The position numbers and the translations under genes are program-made. Positions 12,938 through 25,680 of a stretch of DNA of 64,000 nucleotides are shown piece by piece. Origin of the DNA: Heptranchias perlo (taxonomy: Eukaryota); the NCBI RefSeq assembly GCF_035084215.1, contig NC_090336.1, positions 29,202,001 to 29,266,000 on the forward strand. Direction: 5' to 3'. The notes below the pieces were generated by a model. It was given only the letters and a program-made list of their open reading frames with translations. It searched no databases and was not told the origin of the DNA. The first letter of the stretch is position 1. Every line of letters starts with the position of its first letter.

Positions 12938-14559
12938 CTACATGAATAGAATAAAACACTATAAACAGTATAAACCCCATAGTGTAGAGGAACAGAAACA
13001 GCAGTGATAATGCTATTGGCCAATATTTAAAGTATAAACAGGTATTCAGTTGAGCACGATGCAACTTTATCAAAGGAGAAGTGTCATTATTTCTAAGATG
13101 GCATCGCATTAAAGACCCTTAGAATAATGTAGAATAACTTGGACGTACTGTTTTCTGCTTTCAAAGTTTTTTTATGCAAAAACAACAGACATAGAATTGG
13201 AGATCACAAAATGTCTTTGCAGCCTCCTCTTTTTCACATTTTTATGTTTATTGAATATTGGGAAACAATTTCCCTGCTTTAAAATGTTGTGGTGCAAACC
13301 AGTCATTCTGACTTGGCGTTTGCTGAAAATTCTCTCAATTAGAAGTTTTAAAACAGTGCTCCGATCTGAGGCCTGCACAGTCTTGGGGCCACAAATGAAA
13401 CAAATTGATTATTGGTCATGAAAATTATATACAATTGATAAAATATATATATAAATTAACTTGTAAAAATTTAACATGTTTGAAATAAGCAACAATACAG
13501 TTGCCACGGTTCAAATTACAATTAAAATCATGCGATACTGCTCTAGTAAAATATAAAACATCTAATATCTGCACACATTTCTTGTCAACTTTTTGATATT
13601 ATAAATTCCGAATGTTCACATTTATAATGTAAACTTGTCTTGCTATAATTACACCCTTCCCCCCCACAGTTATCATCTGCATTTGTTCCCTTAGTACTGC
13701 ATTGAGGAGGTTTTCTGCAGGGCTGCTCCATCAAAGGGAAAGCAGTGGGGCAGACCCCAAATCCATTTGATTATGTAGTTCAGACCATGTCCCAAATGCA
13801 AATTACAGGGGTGATCTACACGGGTGCCGCCCACCTGAGACTGCAAGGATGCTTGAGCGACGTCCGTTGGAACATCAGCCCCGAATATGATGATACCTGT
13901 GACAATGCATCTTTGCATCAATACTGCACTGGGGTGTCAGTCAAGATATATGATCAAGTCATGGAATGAGACTTCAACCCAATACCTTCTGGGTTACTTT
14001 GGGTTGCCTTATATCCCCCACCTGCTTCTCTTGTGTCCTCTGGCTTTGACACTGCGCTCAAACAAATACTTCAAAGGCTTTCTGAGACAAGAAACCTCAA
14101 CCCATTCAAACAATCTAAAGTTTAGCTCCTGTAGTCCTGCTGCATCAGAGGGAAAGCAGAGGAGCGGACCCCAAATCAACCTGAACAGACAATTCCAGAC
14201 CCTGTTCCAAATGCCAAGGACAGGGGTTATCTGTATGGATGGGGCAGGCCACTGGAGGCTGCAAGAGTGCATGAGAGACACCCGCCCCGACATCGGCTCT
14301 GAACATTGTCGTGGCACCATGTCACTCCAAGGATAATAGAGGGAGGGCAGGAAGGACCCAATGAACGGGGCCATTTTTTTCATTTTTGGCTCTCAGTGTA
14401 TTAAGGGATACAATTTTAAAAGGGAATCATTCGCCTTTAGCATCAATTAGCTTTATCTAACTCTAACACTTTCCTAAATGTCTCACTTAAATAAAAGATG
14501 CCATTTTTTCCTTCGGTCTAATACTTTTCCCAACATATTATCTTCTTTATTAATCCTAC

Positions 14560-14673
14560 CTTCAGTTCTTTGCTTATTGATCCTTTGAAGTACACCTTCT
14601 TTGTATTGATCATCTGCACCTTGCTCTGTATTCCCAGTATTGTTTAGTTCTATTGTGGAGATTTTCTGTGATT
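14560..14673 (-). CDS. Candidate repeat exon A' (114 nt) ESQKISTIELNNTGNTEQGADDQYKEGVLQRINKQRTE
   Basis: actcatgtag| acceptor, AAG|gtagga donor, phase 1-1. Confidence 0.42.
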
Positions 14674-16072
14674 CTACATGAGTAGAATAAAACACTATAA
14701 ACAGTATAAACCCCAGAGTGTAGAGGAACAGAAACAGCAGTGATAATGCCATTGGCCAATATTTAAAGAATAAACAGGTATTCAGTTGAGCACGATGCAA
14801 CTTTAACAAAGGAGAAGTGTCATTATTTTGAAGATGGCATCGCATTAAAGACCCTTAAAATAATGCAGAATTGTTTCTCAGTGAGAACACTAACTGCTCG
14901 TAGGCTTTTCTCGCTTCCCTGAATTTACCTCAGTCAACGAGCTTCAAATAATTGCACAACTTGGTTATTCAAGTGCTCCAGTCATTTTCCACACGATACT
15001 TTATTCTGATCCAATCATTGTGCACATACTGTACTTTTATGTAAGGTACATAGATCATTGAAGTGTCATGAACAGGTGCATAAAATAATCAAGAAGGCAA
15101 ATGGAATGCTGCCCTTTATATCTAGAGGAGTGTAGTACAAGGGGGCAGATGTTATGCTACAGTTATACAAAACCCTGGTTAGACCGCGCCTGGAGTACTG
15201 AGAGCAGTTCTGGGCATCGCACCTTCAGAAGGACATATTGGCCTTGGAGGGAGAGCAGCGTAGGTTTACTCGAATGATATCCGGACTTCAAGGGTTAAGT
15301 TACGAGGAGAGATTACACAAATTGGGGTTGTATTCTCGAGAGTTTCGAAGGTTAAGGGGTGATCTGATCGAAGTTTATAAGATATTAAGGGGAACAGATA
15401 AGGTGGATAGAGAGAAACTATTTCCGCTGGTTGGGGATTTTAGAAGGAGGGGGCACAGTCTAAAAATTAGAGCCAGACCTTTCAGGAGTGAGATTAGAAA
15501 ACATTTCTACACACAAAGGGTTGTAGAAGTTTGGAACTCTCTTCCACAAACGGCAAATGATACTAGCTCAATTGCTAAATTTAAATCTGAGACAGATAGC
15601 TTTTTGGCAGCCAAAGGTATTAAGGGATATGGGCCAAAGGCAGGTATATGGAGTTAGATCACAGATCAGCCATGATCTTATCAAATGGCAGAGCAGACAC
15701 GAGGGGCTGAATGGCCTACTCCTGTTCCTATGTTCCAATGTTCCTATGATACATCAGTGCAGTTGCCAGAAGAAAATTTCATCAATTCTGAATTTGAGAA
15801 AAAAGAGATTCCTCTCATCTGAATACGATGGCTCCTGTAACAATGCATCTTTCCATCAATAATGTACTGGGGTGTCAGTCGAGATATATGCAGAAGTACA
15901 GAACAGGACTTCAACACACTATCTTCTGACTCAGGGGCAAGAGTGTTGAATGAAGCAACTAATATTTCCAGGAATTTTGGAGGTCACACTGTGCAGACTT
16001 CATTTCCTGGATGACAAACAATTATTTTTTTCACTTTCAACATTAGCTAAGGTGTTTCACCAAGTTTATTAC

Positions 16073-16186
16073 CTCCACCATCCTTTACATTTGTCTTTTG
16101 TTGTTCCTCAGTGCTTTGTGGATCAGGGTCAGTTTGTGCTGCCTTTTCTCCATCATCTGTTCCTCTTGTGTCCTCTGGCTTTGACA
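16073..16186 (-). CDS. Candidate repeat exon B (114 nt) VSKPEDTRGTDDGEKAAQTDPDPQSTEEQQKTNVKDGG
   Basis: tttgtttgagcgcag| acceptor, GAG|gtaata donor, phase 1-1, open. Confidence 0.5.
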
Positions 16187-16756
16187 CTGCGCTCAAACAA
16201 AGGAAACAACTTTCAGCTTTAATATTTCAAAGGCTTTGAGACAAGAAACCTCAACCCATTCAGACAATCTGAATTTTAGCTCCTGAAGTCCTGTTGCATT
16301 GCTGCACCAGTGGGAAAGCAGAGGAGCGGACACTATATTCGCCTGAACAGACAATTTCAGACCCTGTCCCAGAGGCCAGGGTCAGGGGTCATCTGCATGG
16401 ATGGGGGAGGGCAATGAAGGCTGCAAGGGTGCATAAGCGATACCCGCCCCGACATTGGCTCTGAACATTGGAGTGGCAACATGTCACTCCAAGGATACTA
16501 GAGGGAGCGCAGGAAGGACCCAATGAACTGGGGCATTTTTTTCATCTTTGGCTCTCAGTGCATTAAGGGATACAATTTTAAATGGGAATCATTCGCCTTT
16601 GGGATCAATTAGCTTTATCTAACTGTAACACTTACCTATATGTCTCACTTAAATAAGTGATGACATTGTTTCCTTTGGTCTAATACTTTTCCCAACACAT
16701 TATTTTCTTTATTAATCCCACCTTCTGTTTTTGAAATTTGATCCTTTCTGCCTCAC

Positions 16757-16837
16757 CTCCTTGTTTCCCGTGATCATCTGCACCTTGCTCTGTTTTCCCA
16801 GTATTGTTTTGTTCTATTGGGGAGGTTTTCTGTGTTT
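16757..16837 (-). CDS. Candidate repeat exon A (81 nt) ETQKTSPIEQNNTGKTEQGADDHGKQG
   Basis: attcatgtag| acceptor, GAG|gtgagg donor, phase 1-1, open. Confidence 0.45.
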
Positions 16838-17329
16838 CTACATGAATAGAATAAAACACTATAAACAGTATAAGCCCCATAGTGTAGAGGAGCAGAAACA
16901 ACAGTGATAATGCTATTGGCCAATATTTAAAGAATAAACAGGTATTCAGTTGAGCATGATGCAAATTTATCAAAGGAGAAGTGTCATTATTTCTAAGATG
17001 GCATCGCATTAAAGACCCGTAGAATTGTTTCTCAGTGAGGACACTAACTGCTCGTAGGCTTATCTCCCTTCCCTGAATTTACCTCATTCAAGGAGCTTCA
17101 AATAATATTGGCGTAATTGCACAACTTGGTTATTCAAGTGCTCCAGTCATGTTCCTCACGATACTTTATTCTGATCGAATTATTGTGCATATTCTGTACT
17201 TTTATGTCAGGATACATCATTGGAGTTACCGGAAGAAAATTTCATCAATTCTGAATTTGAGGAAAGAGGAGATTCCTCTCATCTGAATACGAAGGTGCCT
17301 GTAATATTTCCAGATATCTTTATAACTGC

Positions 17330-18897
17330 ATGCTGTAACTGCATGTTAACTTTCTGTGTTACGAGGACACCCAAATTTTTCTGAACACCACCATTTAATA
17401 GTTTCCCACCACTTAAAAAATATTCTGTTCTTCTATTCTTCCTACCAAAGTGAATAATCTCACATTTCCCCAAATTATACTCCATCTGCCACCTTCTTGC
17501 CATTTACTTAACCTGTCTATATCCCTTTGCACACTATTTGTGTCCTCCTCACAGCATACTTTCCCACCTAGCTTTGTATTGTTAGCAAACTTGGATATAT
17601 TACACTCGATCCCTTCATCTAAGTCATTGATATAGATTGTAAATAGCTGAGGCCCAAGCATTGATCCTTGTGGCACCCCACTAGTTACATCCTGCCAATG
17701 TGAGAATGACCCGTTTATTCCTACTCTCTGTTTTCTGTCCATTTACCAGTCCTCTATCCATGCTAATATATTACCCCCAACCCCATGAGCCCTCATCTTG
17801 TGTAATAAACTTTTGTGTGGCACCTTATCGAATGCCTTTTGAAAATCCAAATATACTACATCCACTGGTTCCCCTTTCTCTACCCTGTTAGTTACATCCT
17901 CAAAAAACTCTAATAGATTTGTCAAGCACGATTTCCCTTTCATAATACCATGCTGACTCTTCCTAATCACATTATGATTTTCTAAGTGCCCTATTACCAC
18001 TTCCTTAATAATGGATTCCAGAATATTCCCGGTGGCCGATATCAGGCTAACTGGCCTGTACTTCCCTGTTTTCCCTCTCCCTCCTTACTTGAGTAGCAGT
18101 ATTCCATTTGCTACCTTTCAATCCACTGGGGCCGTTCTAGAATCCAGGCAATTTTGGAAGATCACAACCAAAGCATCCACTATCTCTGCTGCCACCTCTT
18201 TTAGAACTCTAAGGTGTAGCCCATCTGGTCCAGGGGATTTGTCAGCTTTTAGTCCCATTAATTTCTTTAGTTCTTTTTCTTTACTAATATTAATTACTTT
18301 AAGTTACTCACTCTCATTAGCTCCTCAGTTCTCCACTATTACTGGTATGTATTTTGTGTCTTCGACTGTGAAGACAGATACAAATTATTTGTTTAACATC
18401 TCTGCCATTTCCTTATTCTCCATTATATTTTCTCCTGTCTCAGCCTCTAAGGGACCCATGTTTACTTTTGCTACTCTTTTCATTTTTACGTACTTGTAGA
18501 AGCTTTTACAATCTGTTTTTATATTTCTTGCTCTCTTACTCTCATATTCTATTTTTCCCTTGTTATCAATTTTTTGGTCATCCTTTGCTCGTTTCTAAAA
18601 CTCTCCCAATCCTTAGGCTTACTACTCTTCTTGGCAACATTACAAGCCTCTTCTTTTAATCTAATACGATCAGAATAGAAAGAGCATTGGAAATAGTGCA
18701 AACACTGAATGAAAGGCAACAGAAATGTCACAGATATGAATGATATCATTCACTGAGTAACATCTAATTTATTCCAGAACAATTTATATCAGAAAACTGA
18801 AAACATTTAAATTTCGAACAGGATATTTGATTCCATCTGATATTTGCATTTGTAAAATGAATTAACTAAAATTTCCAGAATTTTATTGAAGAAAAGC
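17330..18897 (-). mobile_element. CR1 ORF2 fragment plus flank; duplicate of 7650-9217
   Basis: Near-identical sequence including the non-TE flank ending TTTTATTGAAGAAAAGC. Confidence 0.9.
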
Positions 18898-20775
18898 CAA
18901 AGGGGGAGGTACTTTTTTGTTCCTCTTTTTATGGAAGTGAAAACTTACCATAAATTTCTTTGACTTTTTTAAAACACCAATTTTTTGCCAACACAAAGCC
19001 CCAGAGTCTCCCTCCCCGCCAGGCTATTCCAGTGACATGAATTACGAAAAGCATTTTGAAGCAGCATGCAAACAAGACAAGACAGCGGAGATGTATTGTT
19101 GTGCACGACTTCAAACTGGCCTAAGAGCTGCATTGGAACTGTCCAACCTCAGGTAACCATGCTCAGATGGAGGATGCAGATTTTCTAACTTGTAGCTTGT
19201 TCCCCTGGGGTCTGAAGGCCATTTTGAGGTCTTGGCCCTCACTGTTTCCGAAGCAGCTACTGCAGAATGCTCGGAATGTGCCCATAATTGACGTAATACT
19301 GGAGCACCATACCAGGGAGGGAAATTACACTTGACCGTCTCCATGTCAGAAATAAAATTGACAGATTTTAGAAAATGGTCAAGGAAATTTCTGATGATAT
19401 TGCTTCCATCTATAAAATATGAGTAAGTTGAACTAAAAGTACCTCCCATAGACATCCCCTCCCCCTATACAATGTAGAGTTGCATCACTGTACTCCTTTC
19501 CTGCATCTCCTTGACTTTAATTAAGCAACAACATTTTTCCATTGGACCAGCTTCCAGATTATTTTTTCCCTGCAACTCATCTCCTTGTCTGCAGTTATCA
19601 TCTGTAACTTGCTTTGTTTCCTCAGTGTTGCTTTCTTCACCTGTGGAGGTTTTCTTTGATTCTATGTTAATTCAAAGGAAATCACACTGTAAAAAGTGTA
19701 AACCCCATCGTGTAAAGGAGCAGAAACAGCGGTGATAATGCTGTTGGCCAATACTGATAGAAAACACATGTATTCAGTTGGACAAAATGTCGCTTCACCA
19801 AAAGGGGAAATGTCATTAACTTTCAGAATGGCTCCTCCTCGGAGAATCTCAGAATAATGAAGACCTGTACCTCTGAGAATATTAACTGCCAGTGAACCTC
19901 TCTTGCTGCATTAAATTTACCTTTGACAACTAGTTTGCATTAGGACTGGCAGAATTCCATAACTTGATTACTTCAGTGGCATTTTCCCCCTTTTTTATGT
20001 TCCAATTGGTTTTCTCCAGGAAAGCAGAGTATAAAAATATATGTCCCATTTATGTTCTAACATGATTCAGATCACATCATAAACAAATGCTTGAATTTAA
20101 AGTATAATTCCGTCACTGGCAATTGCAGTAAGAGTAGTCGGGGGAGCTAATAGGATACTCTGCCAATATTCCACATCATTTCAATGCTTCCGAGTACTGG
20201 AAAACAATGGAAGGAAACAAACCATCAGGGTCTGTTTCTGTTGTGGTGGAAAGAATTGGAATGAGGAAAACTTTACAGGATAAGGTTATATACAAATTTT
20301 GCTTTATTTCAGACTGCCTCCAGAAAAGAATATTGGTGCAATTTACATTAACATGCTGTTCTTCAGTTCAAATGTAATGAAGGAGTTAAATTCATCGAAC
20401 AGCAGAGCTGAAAAATATAGTTTAGGATTCAAACAAGTATTCTGAGCCAAAGTGCTTTAAACAATGAAAGTTAGTTTTGAGATTTCAAGAACATTCGTAC
20501 CTATTCAGGTGGGGATGTTTCAATTCATGTAAGCCTAGAGTGAAGTGTTTGCTGAGGACATACTCTTGGGAGAGGGGATAGTTGGTTAGGTGCAGGGACG
20601 ATGTGCAAACTAGCCACGGCACCATGGTTCAGGGGGCCATTCAAGTGGGGGGAGTAAAAAGGAATGTGGTTGTTGTAGGCGACAGTATAGTTAGAGGGAT
20701 AGACACTGTTCTCTGCAGCCAAGAGCGAGAGTCCTGAAGGCTGTGTTGCCAGGGTTAAGGACATCTCCTCAGGGC

Positions 20776-20936
20776 TGTAAGATTCTCAAAATTCACAGAT
20801 CCCCCAAAACTCGGTTGTCTGCTGCACTTTTGTCACAACCCCCAAATCAGTCCAAGGTCTAGAACCAAGGGAGTGGGAGCAATTCGAACCGCTCAGAAGT
20901 CAGAGGTGAAGGTGACACACACCACCATCCCCTACA
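20776..20936 (+). mobile_element. Solo LTR, 161 bp, TG...CA with 4-bp TSD GGGC
   Basis: CA GGGC|TGTAAG...CCCCTACA|GGGC TGG interrupts CR1 ORF1. Confidence 0.75.
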
Positions 20937-21609
20937 GGGCTGGAGAGGAACTTGGAAAGAGATGGGGAGGATCCAGTTTTCATGGTCCATGTCGGTATCA
21001 ACATCACAGGTAGGACTAAGAAAGAGGTTCTGCTGAGGGAGTTTGAGCAACTAGGGAGTAAATTAAAAAGCAGAAGCACAAAGGTAATAATTATTATTAC
21101 CTGAGCCATGAGCAAATTGGCACAGGGTAAATCAGATCAGAGAGATGAATGCGTGGATCAAAGATTGGTGTGGGACAAATGGGTTTCAATTCATGGGGCA
21201 CTGGCACCAGTACTGGGGAAAGAGCTGTTCCGTTGGGACGGGCTTCACCTGAACCATGCTGGGGGAGGAGGGTTCAGGGGGGATGAAGTTTAGATTGATA
21301 AAGAGAAAAGACAGGAAGTAGTACAGGAAAGTGATGGGGGTAATGATTAACAGTGTGTGTCAGGAAGGGACAGAGCGTACAAACATAAGAGTGCACTAGA
21401 AAATGGGGCCAGGGTAGGAAAGAATGGTAAAAAGACAAAATTAAAGCTTCATTATCTGAATGCTCGCAGCATTTGTAATAAGATAGATGAATTGACGGCA
21501 CAAATAGAAACAAATGGGTATGATCTCATTACAGATACGTGGTTGCAAGGTGACCAAGTTTGGGAGCTAAATATTCAGGGTTATTTAACATGATCTTGGC
21601 TCAGAAGAT

Positions 21610-24600
21610 CACAATGTCAAATTGGAGCTGGAGCTGCGGGTGGACTCACTGTGGAGTATCCGTGATGCTGAGACTATCGTGGATAGCACGTTCTGTGAGG
21701 TGGTCACACCGCAGGTAAAGAATACGCAGGCAGAAAGGAAATGGGTGACCGCCAGGCAGAGTAAAAGGACTAGACAGGTAGAGCAGGAGTCCCCTGGGGC
21801 CATCTCCCTCTCAAACAGATATTCTGCTTTGGATGCTGTTGGGGGAGATGGCTTATCAGGGGAAAGCAGCAAGAGCCAGGTTCGGGGCACCACGGGTGGC
21901 TCTGCTGCACAGGAGGGGAAGAAGAAGAGTGGCAGGGCTATAGTGATAGGGGATTCCATTGTAAGGGGAACAGATAGGCATTTCTGTGGCCGCAAACGTG
22001 ACTCCAGGATGGTATGTTGCCTCCCTGGTGCTAGGGTCAAGGATGTCACGGAGCGGTTGCAGGGCATTCTGGAGGGGCAGGGTGAACAGCCAGTAGTCGT
22101 GGTCCATATTGGTACCAACGACATAGGTAAAAAAAGGGATGAGGTCCTGCAAGGTAAATTTAAGGTGTTAGGAGATAAATTAAAAAGCAGGACTTCAAAG
22201 GTAGTGATCTCAGGATTACTACCGGTGCCACGTGCTAGTGAGTATAGGAACAGGAGAATAGACATTGGGACCGGTTCTGGGGAAGGTGGGACCTGTACAA
22301 GTGTGACGGGTTACACCCGAGCAGGACCAGGACAAATGTCCTCACGGGGGTGTTTGCTAGTGCTGCTGGGGAAGGTTTAAACTAGAGTGGCAGGGGGATG
22401 GGAACCTGAGTGGGGAGTCAGAAGGGAATAAAGTTGAGAGCAGCAAGAGAGGGGAAGACCCAGGGGAAATCTACAATACAAATAGTACAAACAGTTGTTC
22501 AAGAACAAGTGAAAGGGAAAAGCATAGAGCAGCGGAAAGAAAGTGTACTTTAGGCACTTCAGGTACTTTAGGCACGACAGATAAAATGAAAACTAGAAGG
22601 CGTAAGGCGATTAACCCAGCATCAAAGCTGTGGCAGGGGGTTGGGAACCTGAGCAGGGAGACAGAGGAAAGCGTATCAGGAAGGGACAGAAGGTATGGAG
22701 TAAAAGGTAAAGTGTTAAAAAAGGAAAAAGCAGGAACTAAGTGTCACAAAACATATTTGAAAGTTCTTTATCTGAATGCACGTAGCATTCGTAACAAAAT
22801 GGATGAGTTAACGGCACAAATAACGACGTATGGGTATGATCTTGTGGCCATTACAGAAACATGGCTGCAGGGTGACAACGACTGGGAATTAAATATGCCA
22901 GGCTATTTAACAATCAGGAAGGACAGGCAGGAAGGAAGGGGAGGTGGGGTGGCTATGTTAATAAGGGAAGGAATCACTGTAATACAGAGAAAAGATATTG
23001 GGACAAAGGATCAGGATAATGAAACAGTTTGGGTAGAGATAAGGAATAATAAGGGGCAAAAAACACTCGTGGGCGTAGTATATAGGCCTCCTAATAGTTG
23101 CAACTCTGCTGGAAGAAGTATAAATCAGGAAATAGTCGGGGCATGTAATAAGGGAACAGCTATAATTATGGGGGATTTTAACTATCATATTAACTGGACA
23201 AATCAAATTGGGCAGGGTAGCCTTGAGGAAGAGTTTATTGAGTGTATTAGGGATGGATTTCTTGAGCAGTATGTAACTGAACCAACAAGGGGGCAAGCAA
23301 CCTTGGACCTGGTCCTGTGTAATGAGCCAGGATTAATTAATAATGTCCTAGTTAAGGATCCTCTTGGAATGAGCGACCATAACATGGTTACATTCCATAA
23401 CCAATTAGAGGGTGAGAAGGTTGGTTCTCAAACAAGCGTACTGAGCTTGAATAAAGGAGACTATGATGGTATGAGAGCGGAATTGATTAAAGTGGACTGG
23501 GAAAATAGATTAAAGGGTAAGACGGCACATGAGCAGTGGTGTTCATTTAAGGAGTTATTTTACAACTTTCAAAACAAATATATTCCACTGAGGAAAAAAG
23601 GGTGTAAAAGAAATGACAGCCATCCGTGGCTAAGTAAAGAAATTAAGGATAGTATCCGACTAAAAACAAGGACATATAAGGTAGCCAAACTTAGTGGGAT
23701 GATAGAAGATTGGGAAGTCTTCAAAAGACAGCAAAAAGTAACGAAAGGATTGATTAAGAAAGGGAAGATAGATTATGAAAATAAATTAGCAAAAAATATA
23801 AATACAGATAGCAAGAGTTTCTACAGTTATATAAAAAGAAAAAGGGTGGCTAAAGCAAACGTAGGTCCTTTAGAGGATGAGACCGGGAAATTAATGGTGG
23901 GAAACATGGAGATGGCAAAAATGCTGAACAAATATTTTGTTTCAGTCTTTACGGTAGAGGACACTAAGAATATCCCAACACTGGACAAACAGGGAGCTCT
24001 AGGGGGGGAGGAGCTAAATACGATTAAAATCACTAAGGAATTGGTACTCAGTAAATTAATGGGACTCAAGGCGGATAAATCCCCTGGACCTGATGGCTTA
24101 CATCCTCGGGTCTTGAGGGAAGTGGCAGTAGGGATTGTGGATGCTTTGGTAATAATTTTCCAAAATTCTCTGGACTCGGCAAAGGTCCCGGCAGATTGGA
24201 AAACTGCCAATGTAACACCCTTATTTAAAAAGGGTAGTAGGCAGAAGGCTGGAAATTATAGACCAAATAGCTTAACAATTGTGGTGGGTAAAATTTTGGA
24301 GTCTATTATTAAGGAGACAGTAGCAGAACATTTGGATAAACATAATTTAATAGGACAAAGTCAGCATGGCTTTACAAAGGGGAAGTCATGTCTGACAAAT
24401 TTGCTTGAGTTCTTTGAGGATATAACGTACAGGGTGGATAAAGGGGAACCAGTGGACGTAGTGTATTTGGACTTCCAGAAGGCATTCGACAAGGTGCCAC
24501 ATAAAAGATTATTGCTCAAGATAAAGAATCACTGGATTGGGGGTAATATTCTGGCATGGGTGGAGGATTGGTTATCTAACAGGAAGCAGAGAGTTGGGAT

Positions 24601-25680
24601 AAATGGTACATTCTCGGACTGGCAACCTGTGGCCAGTGGTGTTCCGCAGGGGTCGGTGCTGGGTCCCCAACTCTTTACAATCTATATTAACGATTTGGAG
24701 GAGGGGACCAAGTGTAACATATCAAAGTTTGCAGATGATACAAAGATGGGAGGGAAAGTGGAGAGTGAGGAGGACATAAAAAACCTACAAGGGGATATAG
24801 ACAGGCTGGGTGAGTGGGCGGAGATTTGGCAGATGCGATACAATATTGGAAAATGTGAGGTTATGCACTTTGGCAGGAAAAATCGGAGAGCAAGTTATTA
24901 TCTTAATGGCGAGAAACTGGAAAGTACTGCAGTACAAAGGGATCTGGGGGTCCTAGTGCAAGAAAATCAAAAAGTTAGTTTGCAGGTGCAGCAGGTGATC
25001 AAGAAGGCCAACGGAATGTTGGCTTTTATTGCTAGGGGGATAGAATATAAAAACAGGGAGGTATTGCTGCAGTTATATAAGGTATTGGTGAGACCGCACC
25101 TGGAATACTGCATAAAGTTTTGGTGTCCATACTTAAGAAAAGATATACTTGCTCTCGAGGCAGTACAAAGAAGGTTCACTCGGTTAATCCCGGGGATGAG
25201 GGGGTGGACATATGAGGAGAGGTTGAGTAGATTGGGACTCTACTCATTGGAGTTCAGAAGAATGAGAGGCGATCTTATTGAAACATATAAGATTGTGAAG
25301 GGGCTTGATCGGGTGGATGCGGTAAGGATGTTCCCAAGGATGGGTGAAACTAGAACTAGGGGGCATAATCTTAGAATAAGGGGGTGCTCTTTCAAAACTG
25401 AGATGAGGAGAAACTTCTTCACTCAGAGGGTAGTAGGTCTGTGGAATTTGCTGCCCCAGGAAGCTGTGGAAGCTACATCATTAAATAAATTTAAAACAGA
25501 AATAGACAGTTTGCTAGAAGTAAAGGGAATTAGGGGTTACTGGGAGCGGGCAGGAAATTGGACATGAATTTAGATTTGAGGTTAGGATCAGATCAGCCAT
25601 GATCTTATTGAATGGCGGAGCAGGCTCGAGGGGCCGATTGGCCTACTCCTGCTTCTATTTCTTATGTTCTTATGTTCTTA
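21610..25680 (+). mobile_element. Young 5'-truncated CR1 LINE with frameshifted ORF1 and intact ORF2
   Basis: ORF1 esterase GDSIVRG/HIGTND; ORF2 below; (TTCTTATG)n tail. Confidence 0.93.
22586..25567 (+). CDS. CR1 ORF2: apurinic-like endonuclease plus reverse transcriptase (993 aa, uninterrupted)
   Basis: LNARS, ITETW, VYRPP, GDFN, LDLV, SDH (APE); DFQKAFD, PQGSVLGP, FADD (RT). Confidence 0.95.
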   Translation: MKTRRRKAINPASKLWQGVGNLSRETEESVSGRDRRYGVKGKVLKKEKAGTKCHKTYLKVLYLNARSIRNKMDELTAQITTYGYDLVAITETWLQGDNDWELNMPGYLTIRKDRQEGRGGGVAMLIREGITVIQRKDIGTKDQDNETVWVEIRNNKGQKTLVGVVYRPPNSCNSAGRSINQEIVGACNKGTAIIMGDFNYHINWTNQIGQGSLEEEFIECIRDGFLEQYVTEPTRGQATLDLVLCNEPGLINNVLVKDPLGMSDHNMVTFHNQLEGEKVGSQTSVLSLNKGDYDGMRAELIKVDWENRLKGKTAHEQWCSFKELFYNFQNKYIPLRKKGCKRNDSHPWLSKEIKDSIRLKTRTYKVAKLSGMIEDWEVFKRQQKVTKGLIKKGKIDYENKLAKNINTDSKSFYSYIKRKRVAKANVGPLEDETGKLMVGNMEMAKMLNKYFVSVFTVEDTKNIPTLDKQGALGGEELNTIKITKELVLSKLMGLKADKSPGPDGLHPRVLREVAVGIVDALVIIFQNSLDSAKVPADWKTANVTPLFKKGSRQKAGNYRPNSLTIVVGKILESIIKETVAEHLDKHNLIGQSQHGFTKGKSCLTNLLEFFEDITYRVDKGEPVDVVYLDFQKAFDKVPHKRLLLKIKNHWIGGNILAWVEDWLSNRKQRVGINGTFSDWQPVASGVPQGSVLGPQLFTIYINDLEEGTKCNISKFADDTKMGGKVESEEDIKNLQGDIDRLGEWAEIWQMRYNIGKCEVMHFGRKNRRASYYLNGEKLESTAVQRDLGVLVQENQKVSLQVQQVIKKANGMLAFIARGIEYKNREVLLQLYKVLVRPHLEYCIKFWCPYLRKDILALEAVQRRFTRLIPGMRGWTYEERLSRLGLYSLEFRRMRGDLIETYKIVKGLDRVDAVRMFPRMGETRTRGHNLRIRGCSFKTEMRRNFFTQRVVGLWNLLPQEAVEATSLNKFKTEIDSLLEVKGIRGYWERAGNWT

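Larger units (their letters stand above)
9235..17020. repeat. Near-identical tandem duplication, unit about 3900 bp (9235-13133 and 13134-about 17020)
   Basis: ORF track repeats with exact 3900 offset (9791/13691, 10583/14483, 11338/15238). Confidence 0.95.

Noticed and set aside
19111-19455. 114-aa minus-strand ORF in unique sequence
   Set aside because: No recognisable motif or convincing splice boundaries.
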